25,035 nucleotides of DNA from the IMG/VR virus record IMGVR_UViG_3300025655_000269, positions 1 through 25,035 of that record; one strand, 5' to 3'. Positions 18,223 through 25,035 of the stretch are shown piece by piece. How positions within the stretch are numbered: the first letter of the stretch is position 1; the number at the start of each line of letters is the position of its first letter. Origin of the DNA: a virus (taxonomy: Duplodnaviria; Caudoviricetes). Both the position numbers and the translations under genes were made by a program. The notes beneath the pieces are model-generated. The model worked only from the letters and a program-made list of their open reading frames with translations. It searched no databases and was not told the DNA's origin.

Positions 18223-18687
18223 ATGTTATTAGAAAATATTAAAGCTAGTGGTCACGTTACTATTGAGCTTTTTGATTTTGAAGGTACTTTAAAAGAAAGA
18301 ATTGAACAAGAAAACCTTGTTGTAACTGTAGGAAAAAGCTTTATTACTTCCAGAATGAAAGATGCCACATCTGCTGTAATGACCAGTATGGCTGTAGGAA
18401 ATGGAGGAGCAACAGCACCGGCTGTTTCTCAAACACAGTTGTCTGGTGAATTAGGTCGTGTAGCTTTAAGTAGTACTACTCAAGTAACAACTACTGTAAC
18501 AAATGATACGCTTCAGTACCAAGCTAATTTTAATGCAGGAACAGGTAGTGGTGCATTAACAGAAGCAGGTCTTTTTAATTCAAACACCCCAGGAGCTGGT
18601 ACAATGTTGTCAAGAGTTGTCTTTGCTGAAATCAACAAAGGAGCTAACGATTCTTTACAAATTACTTGGAAGCTTCAAATTACTTGA
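18223..18687 (+). CDS. tail-collar/fibre-attachment-like structural protein
   Basis: NLVVTVG, MAVGNG..AP..QTQL..ELGR and LTEAGLFN..GTMLSRVVF..INK motifs resemble tail-fibre N-terminal (DUF3751-like) domains. GAGG RBS. Confidence 0.65.
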   Translation: MLLENIKASGHVTIELFDFEGTLKERIEQENLVVTVGKSFITSRMKDATSAVMTSMAVGNGGATAPAVSQTQLSGELGRVALSSTTQVTTTVTNDTLQYQANFNAGTGSGALTEAGLFNSNTPGAGTMLSRVVFAEINKGANDSLQITWKLQIT

Positions 18688-18705
18688 TAAATAGGAGAGC
18701 TTTGA

Positions 18706-20481
18706 ATGGCAACAATTATTACGAGAGCCGGAAAAGGCTCTCCTTTAACAAATACAGAGGTAGATGCTAACTTTGTCAACTTAAACGCTGATAAGTTAGA
18801 AACATCATTAAAGGGTGCTGTTAACGGCTTAGCTGAGCTTGATGAAGATGGTTATGTAGATATAGAACAAACACAACCAAGAGAAGTTGTATCGGTTTAC
18901 AATAACACAGGTGTTACTTTATCAAAAGGCAGTGTTGTTTATATAACAGGTTCACATGGTAGTGAACTAACAATCGCCTTAGCTGATTCTTCTTCTGAAA
19001 TAGCTAGCTCAAAAACAATGGGCTTGTTATTAGATAATGTCTCAAATTTTCAAGTAGGTAAAGTTGTTACTTTTGGTCTATTAAAAGGAATAGACACTTC
19101 TACTTACAATTTAGGTGATGCTTTATGGTTATCTAGTAGTCCTGGCCAATTAACAGCTGTAAAACCAGATTCACCAGAACATCTTGTATTTATAGGTTAT
19201 GTCGTAAATAATGTTGTTAATGGTGTTATTTTTATAGCAATACAAAATGGTTTTGAATTAGAAGAATTACATAATGTTCTTATTTCAAGCTTAGCTGATA
19301 ATGACTTTGTGTTATATGAAGCTGCTTCTGGTCTGTTTAAAAACAAAAGTACAAGTTCTGTTTTGTCTATACTAGGTCTAACAGATGCATTAACAGATGC
19401 TGACATTGGTGTTAATGTCCAAGCATATGATTCTACAATACTAAATGATTCCGATATTGGTGTTAATGTTCAAGCTTACAATGCTAATACAGCATTGACA
19501 ACAGATATTACTTATGAGACACTAGACTCAGCAGGCGATGTAGGAACAGGTGTTGGACAATTAGCAATAGGTAACCACAACCATTCTGGTGTTTATGAAC
19601 CAGCAGATGCTACTATTTTAAAAGATGCTGACATTGGAGTAAATGTTCAAGCTTACAATGCCAATACAGCACTAACAACAGATATTACTTATGAGACATT
19701 AAACTCAGCAGGAGATGTAGGAACAGGTGCTGGACAATTAGCAATAGGTAATCATGATCACTCTGGTATTTATGAACCAGCAGATGCTACTATTTTAAAA
19801 GATGCTGACATTGGTGTTACTGTTCAAGCATATGATTCTACAATATTGAATGATGCTGATATCGGTGTTAATGTACAAGCTTACAATGTCAATACAGCAT
19901 TGACAACAGATATTACGTTTGAAACATTAAACACAAACGGTGATGTTGGTGTTAACGTTAATCAATTAGCTACTGGTAATCACACTCATGTTGGGGTGTA
20001 TGAACCAGCAGATGCTACTATTCTAAAAGATGCTGATATTGGTGTTAATGTACAAGCGTATGATGCAGACTTAACAACATGGGCTGGAAAAACTGCACCA
20101 ACAGGAACAGTAGTTGGAACTTCAGATACACAAACATTAACTAATAAAACTTTATCTAGTACAATCTTAAATGATGGTTATACAGAAGAAGTATTTGCCG
20201 TAACCGGAACTACTCCAGCATTATCTCCTACTAATGGTTCAATTCAAACATGGACTTTAACAGCATCTTCTACACCAACTGCTGGAACTTGGAATGATGG
20301 TCAATCTATTACATTAATGATAGATGATGGTACAGATTATACTATTACATGGACTTCTTTGTCTATTACATGGAAAACTGATGGTGGAACAGCACCAACA
20401 TTAAACACTACTGGATATACCGTAATAGCATTATGGAAAGTGGGTTCTGTAATCTACGGAGCAAGAGTAGGAGATGCTTAA
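18706..20481 (+). CDS. tail/side fibre protein with HxH repeats (591 aa)
   Basis: MATIITRAGKGSPLTNTEVDANFVNLN N-terminus, DADIGVNVQAY repeats, GNHxH motifs and TQTLTNKTL. AGGAG RBS. Confidence 0.85.
   Translation: MATIITRAGKGSPLTNTEVDANFVNLNADKLETSLKGAVNGLAELDEDGYVDIEQTQPREVVSVYNNTGVTLSKGSVVYITGSHGSELTIALADSSSEIASSKTMGLLLDNVSNFQVGKVVTFGLLKGIDTSTYNLGDALWLSSSPGQLTAVKPDSPEHLVFIGYVVNNVVNGVIFIAIQNGFELEELHNVLISSLADNDFVLYEAASGLFKNKSTSSVLSILGLTDALTDADIGVNVQAYDSTILNDSDIGVNVQAYNANTALTTDITYETLDSAGDVGTGVGQLAIGNHNHSGVYEPADATILKDADIGVNVQAYNANTALTTDITYETLNSAGDVGTGAGQLAIGNHDHSGIYEPADATILKDADIGVTVQAYDSTILNDADIGVNVQAYNVNTALTTDITFETLNTNGDVGVNVNQLATGNHTHVGVYEPADATILKDADIGVNVQAYDADLTTWAGKTAPTGTVVGTSDTQTLTNKTLSSTILNDGYTEEVFAVTGTTPALSPTNGSIQTWTLTASSTPTAGTWNDGQSITLMIDDGTDYTITWTSLSITWKTDGGTAPTLNTTGYTVIALWKVGSVIYGARVGDA
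19396..20061 (+). repeat. A-B-B-A-B tandem array (A 51 bp, B 177 bp)
   Basis: A 19396-19446, B 19447-19623, B 19624-19800, A 19801-19851, B 19852-20028, partial unit to 20061. Copies are visibly similar at DNA level. Confidence 0.95.
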
Positions 20482-22950
20482 ATGTTATTCAATAAATTAT
20501 TAAGCGCATTAAGCAGCATTGCGGCATCTTATTCTGATATAACAATAGTGACAAGTGGGTCGGCTTTAGGTCGGTCAACTACAGGCATTACTTTTTCGCC
20601 CCCGTTGCAGCAAAACGATGTTGTGTTCTTGATTGTGGGTTCTAATGATACAGATTGGACTGTTCCAGCGGGATACATCCCTTTTGATAAAGGGATTTTA
20701 GACATCAACTATAAGTTCGATTGCTATTTTAAAGTCATGGGGGCAACGCCTGACACGGGAATAAACCTGTATGACGGAAACGATTCAAGCGGGTTTGTCT
20801 ATTATGCCTTGCGCGGAGTTCAAACCGAATTGCCGCTAATTGAAACCGCCTCGTTTTGCTTATATAACGATCCGGCAGCACTCAACCCATTGCCTGTGTC
20901 CGTTATAAATAAATCACTGGTACTGGTCGGAGGATTTACAGGAAATGGCTCACAAGCGGAAATTGCAGCACCACCAACAGGATATTCTGGTTTTCTAACA
21001 ATAGACGCACAGGGTAGTCAGGACACGTTTGTGGGTGCGGCTTACAAGCAAATCACGGAAAACGGAATAGAAGACGCAGACAGTTTTTCATTAAACAACT
21101 CAGCGAATGGCTATGGTTCTTTTGCGGCCTCGGTTAGACCGTACAGTGATCCGTTCATTCCACCACTTGCTCCTGAAGTTATTAGTCATTCGGTTGGAGT
21201 TTCAGCAAATACCGTTTCGCCTTTCACATTAACACTCCCCAAACCGAGCAATGTGCAACAGCATGACTTGTTATTAGCCTATACCATGTACGGAGATAGT
21301 AACGGCTATGCACCCCCTGATGAGTGGAACATCCTGCTACCCGCTAGGCAAGACATTGATAACCCATCCTTGCAAATTTTCTTTAAATTTGCAAACAACA
21401 ATGAACCTTCTTCGTATGATTTTGTGTTTGCTAATTACAGTGGTTCTGGTGCAGCTAAAAACGAAGGGTGTGGGTCAATCATTTGTTGCCGTAGTGCTAC
21501 GATAGATGCTTTAACGCCACCCATGACCAGCACCGGTTCTTTGGTTCCCAACCTAGATTTAGATGATTATTATCGATTGCTTTTATTGTCAGCATCAACA
21601 ACATCAACCAGAATCTTTTCAAATAGTTTATTTAACGCTTTATACCAAAGCGACGGAGCTGTTGGCGTAAACGGAGGCGTTTTGCAGCGATACTGGCCGT
21701 CGCGTAAAACAGGGGAATTATCGGCACATATCAACTTGTCTGGTCTAAGACAAAACTGTTGCGCTTTAAAATACAGCACAGTGATACCACCGGATATTCT
21801 TCCTAAATATATTATAACAGGAGGCGTAAACTCAACAGCTAGTGCATCTTCTATAACATTAACAATCCCATCGGAAAAGCAACTAGGCGATTTATTGATT
21901 GCCGTTGTGTTTACACAATCAGGTTATCGGTCTTTTACCGAACCGGCGGGTTGGAATACAGCAACAACAATTTATACATCAGGGTCATTTTTAGTTGCTT
22001 ACAGTATTGTTACGGCAGCAACAGGAAATAGCGTAGTATTTCCTATAAGCGCATCATCGATTTTGTCCGGGTGCATTGTTGTTTATCGAGATGCTGTTAT
22101 TGACACACTCGGTACAGCGGTGAACGGAATATCAGCAAACAGCATTAATGTGACTCAAAACTATGGATTGGCTCTTTATCTGGCAGGCGTACAAGAAACT
22201 CTGGTTGATTCATCTACTGGATTAAACCAACGCCTACTTTACAACAACACTACTTATCCATCTCTGGCAGTCTATGAAAAAATTATGGATACTGCCGGAG
22301 CAACGGGGGTTTTAAAACCTGTTGAAACAACAGCAGGAGCGATAAATTGTACAAGTTTATCTTTAAAACCCCCAATTCCTCCTGTTTTTGTTGCAGCAAT
22401 ACATTCTTACGATATTTCCGACACATTAACAATTAATGTCCCATCGGGGACACAAGCAGGCGACTTGTTGGTCTTTATTGGTGGAATCGGTGGATCATCC
22501 GGAGGCTGGTTAAAACCGCTTGGATGGACAGAAGTGATCGATCAAGGTACTGACCCCAGTTTATCCTTTATGTATAAAGTGGCATCAAGTAGCGAACCGA
22601 CCTCTTATACATTCACAACAAGCGGGGATAGTGTGATGGGTCTGATCGCAACTTTCAGAAATACGTTGTATAAAAACGTATCATCGGTAACTTCAGCAAC
22701 GTCTAACTCAATATCGTCGCCAATTATAAACACAAATTACGGGGCGCTTTATGCAGTTGTAGCAGACGGGGACGGCTCAACTTTTAGCACACCTGTAGGT
22801 TTAACAAAGGTTGATGAAATTGGTGGTTTAACGGCTACGGTTGCTTTGTATTTTAAAGATAACGCCAGAGGCGACACGTCGATTGAAACATTTAGTTATG
22901 ACGCTACCGCCACGTTAGCAAGCATTCAAATTGGATTAACCCCAGCATAG
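20482..22950 (+). CDS. putative receptor-binding/adhesin protein with four repeated beta-rich domains (822 aa)
   Basis: Four 'P...Q..D(L/V)(L/V)....P.(G/E)(W/Y)' domains separated by Pro-rich linkers. AGGAG RBS. GC and CpG content are higher than in the flanks. Confidence 0.7.
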   Translation: MLFNKLLSALSSIAASYSDITIVTSGSALGRSTTGITFSPPLQQNDVVFLIVGSNDTDWTVPAGYIPFDKGILDINYKFDCYFKVMGATPDTGINLYDGNDSSGFVYYALRGVQTELPLIETASFCLYNDPAALNPLPVSVINKSLVLVGGFTGNGSQAEIAAPPTGYSGFLTIDAQGSQDTFVGAAYKQITENGIEDADSFSLNNSANGYGSFAASVRPYSDPFIPPLAPEVISHSVGVSANTVSPFTLTLPKPSNVQQHDLLLAYTMYGDSNGYAPPDEWNILLPARQDIDNPSLQIFFKFANNNEPSSYDFVFANYSGSGAAKNEGCGSIICCRSATIDALTPPMTSTGSLVPNLDLDDYYRLLLLSASTTSTRIFSNSLFNALYQSDGAVGVNGGVLQRYWPSRKTGELSAHINLSGLRQNCCALKYSTVIPPDILPKYIITGGVNSTASASSITLTIPSEKQLGDLLIAVVFTQSGYRSFTEPAGWNTATTIYTSGSFLVAYSIVTAATGNSVVFPISASSILSGCIVVYRDAVIDTLGTAVNGISANSINVTQNYGLALYLAGVQETLVDSSTGLNQRLLYNNTTYPSLAVYEKIMDTAGATGVLKPVETTAGAINCTSLSLKPPIPPVFVAAIHSYDISDTLTINVPSGTQAGDLLVFIGGIGGSSGGWLKPLGWTEVIDQGTDPSLSFMYKVASSSEPTSYTFTTSGDSVMGLIATFRNTLYKNVSSVTSATSNSISSPIINTNYGALYAVVADGDGSTFSTPVGLTKVDEIGGLTATVALYFKDNARGDTSIETFSYDATATLASIQIGLTPA

Positions 22951-22959
22951 GTAAAAAAA

Positions 22960-23502
22960 ATGTACGTTAAAGTAACTGAGCAGATTGTTGATAAATACCC
23001 TTATACCGTCAATGACCTGAGAAAAGATAATCCACAAACAAGTTTTCCAAAAACACCTACAGATTCTTTATTAGAATCTTATGATGTTTTTAAAGTAGTT
23101 TATTTACAAAAACCTGTTTATGATTTAGATACTCAAAAATTAGTTCAAGATAGACAACCTTCATTAATTGATGGTGTTTGGTCTATTGGATATGCTATAG
23201 TAAATTTAACACAAGAAGAAATTGATAATAATATTAAATTATTAACAAAAAAATATATGGATGCTGTACAAGAGCATTTAGATACAACAGCACAAGAAAG
23301 AAACTATGGTGGTATTCTTTCTTTGTGTACTTATGCAACATCACCTAATACTACATTTGCAACAGAAGGTCAAGCTGGTGTTGCATGGAGAGATGCTTGT
23401 TGGACATATGCTACTCAAGTTTTATCTGATGTTAATAATAATATTAGAACAATGCCCACTATTGAAGAATTAATCCAAGAATTACCAACAATTACTTGGT
23501 AA
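22960..23502 (+). CDS. tail fibre assembly chaperone-like protein
   Basis: N-terminal 'YPYTVNDLRKDNPQTSFP' and C-terminal 'HLDTTAQERNY..SLCTYATS..F..EGQA.VAWRDACW..ELPTITW', typical of genes following fibres. Confidence 0.65.
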   Translation: MYVKVTEQIVDKYPYTVNDLRKDNPQTSFPKTPTDSLLESYDVFKVVYLQKPVYDLDTQKLVQDRQPSLIDGVWSIGYAIVNLTQEEIDNNIKLLTKKYMDAVQEHLDTTAQERNYGGILSLCTYATSPNTTFATEGQAGVAWRDACWTYATQVLSDVNNNIRTMPTIEELIQELPTITW

Positions 23503-23516
23503 TAGGAGACCGTATT

Positions 23517-23888
23517 ATGGGAAACCTTTCTAAACATTTTGACGCAAAAGAATTTAAATGTAAATGTGGTAAATGTGATTCTACAGGAGTAGTGAATCCA
23601 GAGTTAATAGATGTGTTAGAAAATCTTCGTTCTGAAATACTTTGTCCAATACAAATAAATTCAGGACATCGCTGTATCAGACATAATAGAGCTGTAGGCG
23701 GTGTTCCCAATTCACAACACTTGCTAGGGAATGCTGCTGATATTGTTTCAAGAGACAAAACACCAGTAGAGTTGTACACCTTATTAGCTGTAATGTATCC
23801 TGATAGTTTGTGTTTAAGATTATATCCTTCATTTGTACATGTTGATGTACGTCCTGAAAAACTAAGATGGGTGTGGTATAGTGTTTGA
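23517..23888 (+). CDS. peptidase M15 family endolysin (Zn peptidase); start probably ATG 23517
   Basis: HF..KEFKCKCG, SGHRC..HN..VGG..NSQH..GNAADI and FVHVDVR carry the H, D, H Zn ligands. AGGAG at 23504-23508. Confidence 0.9.
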   Translation: MGNLSKHFDAKEFKCKCGKCDSTGVVNPELIDVLENLRSEILCPIQINSGHRCIRHNRAVGGVPNSQHLLGNAADIVSRDKTPVELYTLLAVMYPDSLCLRLYPSFVHVDVRPEKLRWVWYSV

Positions 23889-24303
23889 TGTAATAAGTGC
23901 TGTAAAAGCTGGCAGCGAACTTGCTAATGGTATTATAGAAAGAATATGGCCAAATCCAGAAGAAGCTGACAAGAGGAAATTAGAGGTTCTTAAAATAGAG
24001 CTAGAGTCTCACTTTAATATAATGTCTAAGCAATTAGAAATAAGTATTAAAGAAGCTGAGCATCCTTCACTATTTGTAGCAGGTGCTAGACCTTTTATTC
24101 TTTGGATTTGTGCTTTTGGTTTAGCTTATGCTTCAATTTTAGAACCATTAGCAAGGTTTATTGCTGTTGTGTTTTTTGAATACGAAGGGGATTTTCCTCA
24201 AATAGATACAGACTTGACTTTACAAATACTACTAGGTATGCTAGGTCTTGCAGGTATGAGGAGTCATGATAAACGATTTAAAGTTGAAAGAAATAAACTA
24301 TGA
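23881..24303 (+). CDS. holin, GTA-type 3TM family
   Basis: FVAGARPFILWIC..Y..ILEP and LLGMLGLAGMRS.DK motifs. Adjacent to the endolysin. Confidence 0.85.
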   Translation: MFDVISAVKAGSELANGIIERIWPNPEEADKRKLEVLKIELESHFNIMSKQLEISIKEAEHPSLFVAGARPFILWICAFGLAYASILEPLARFIAVVFFEYEGDFPQIDTDLTLQILLGMLGLAGMRSHDKRFKVERNKL

Positions 24304-24590
24304 AAGCAATGTTAGAACGGTTTTACAAGGAAGTAGGTATTGTTTTTTACATACTAGATAGTGATAAAACATCTATTAAAATAACATGCAACACAGATGA
24401 ACTTAATGAGCTTTTCTATTCTTTATGTTCATCTGGTTATTTCAGAAGAGTTTGTCTATACGTTTCTGAAGCATATATTCACATAGATAATGAAGGAATT
24501 ATTGAAGGTTCCTTTGTCTGTCTTGATGGTAAAAATTGGGAAAAGATATACAAAAAAGAGCATTACGAGTATAGTTCTAAATTTCTATAG
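24300..24590 (+). CDS. hypothetical protein resembling the C-terminal half of an M15 peptidase
   Basis: ATGA overlap with the holin. Contains 'GYFRRVCLYVSEAYIHID'. Confidence 0.65.
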   Translation: MKAMLERFYKEVGIVFYILDSDKTSIKITCNTDELNELFYSLCSSGYFRRVCLYVSEAYIHIDNEGIIEGSFVCLDGKNWEKIYKKEHYEYSSKFL

Positions 24591-24790
24591 CAAATTCTCC
24601 CAAAAATTTTTGGGCAATACCTTTGGATGGGTTTCCGGTTTTCGGGCCACCAGCGTAGCAGGATGCCAAAATTTTGGGAACTTCCAGTCAGGTTTCACCC
24701 GCCAAGTTGAGTCACAGCCACTCACAGGTCGATAAAAATCATATGCCCGTGAGTAGGCTTCTCTTGTCAGATAGTGGTGATTAGGGAATA
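24591..24790. other. GC-richer structured intergenic segment (candidate ncRNA or cis-acting DNA site)
   Basis: Palindromes CCCAAAAATTTTTGGG (24599-24614) and CCAAAATTTTGG (24666-24677), and a hairpin at 24716-24759. Confidence 0.5.
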
Positions 24791-24802
24791 ACAAAAAATA
24801 GG

Positions 24803-24879
<77 letters not shown>

Positions 24880-24882
24880 AGT

Positions 24883-25035
24883 TTAATTATTAATTAACAG
24901 GTCAATTAGAAAGTTTTGCATCTTTCTTGTATTATCAGAAAGCCTAAATGCAAGATGTAAATACTCTTCTAACAGAGTACCTTTCAATATCACATCACCC
25001 ATCATAAAGGCTCTTGCTGCTATAAGTATTTCACC
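24883..25035 (-). CDS. 3' end of a convergent hypothetical gene, truncated by window edge
   Basis: Open frame GEILIAARAFMMGDVILKGTLLEEYLHLAFRLSDNTRKMQNFLIDLLINN* ends directly before the terminator. Confidence 0.75.
   Translation of the reverse strand, partial: GEILIAARAFMMGDVILKGTLLEEYLHLAFRLSDNTRKMQNFLIDLLINN

Noticed and set aside
19396-20061. CRISPR-like repeat array
   Set aside because: The repeats are in-frame and coding with synonymous variation, and the intervening sequences are themselves repeats.
920-21779. Minus-strand ORFs and off-frame plus ORFs (7271..7474, 21308..21505) from the ORF track
   Set aside because: All lie inside well-supported + strand genes. They are shadows of codon bias or of Gly-rich repeats, for example the Pro-rich 7749..8267.
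23492-23779. Minus-strand 95-aa ORF, and the 23496 start for the endolysin
   Set aside because: The ORF is antisense to the M15 gene. RBS position favours ATG 23517.
24625-24652. tRNA/tmRNA-like 3' end (..GGGCCACCA)
   Set aside because: No T-loop GTTCRA and no cloverleaf or acceptor-stem pairing.
24591-24790. DGR template repeat or retron msr-msd
   Set aside because: No matching variable repeat seen at the 3' ends of the fibre genes, and no reverse transcriptase in the window.
24490-24794. ORFs 24490..24735 (+) and 24585..24794 (-)
   Set aside because: Atypical composition and no convincing RBS. The + ORF overlaps 24300..24590 by ~100 nt, and the - ORF lies just downstream of a strong terminator. 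Not fully excluded.

Overview
AT-rich window from a tailed dsDNA phage (siphovirus-type; no integration or host genes visible). It covers almost the whole tail-to-lysis late operon on the + strand. Gene order: 3' end of an upstream gene (probably major tail protein) and terminator, small hypothetical gene, tail assembly chaperone pair with a lambda-type GGGAAAG -1 frameshift, HK97 gp10-like gene, a 2482-aa tape measure protein, distal-tail-like and tail-tip-like genes, a 1913-aa hub/central fibre, small accessory genes including a GNAT-like protein, a second fibre/adhesin module (acidic 18-aa-repeat protein, collar-like protein, HxH-repeat fibre, a GC-shifted four-domain adhesin, a chaperone-like protein), M15 endolysin, 3TM holin and an apparent degenerate M15 paralogue. 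The operon ends in a ~200-nt GC-richer, palindrome- and hairpin-rich non-coding segment, an A46 tract and a strong minus-strand UUCG terminator serving a convergent, truncated gene. Most noteworthy are the polyprotein-like tape measure protein (nine xxxxGG motifs, three full SDSIPAMLSNGE modules, Gly/Met-rich amphipathic peptides between them) and the structured segment plus A46 tract at the convergence point. All product calls come from motif recognition and gene order, not database searches.
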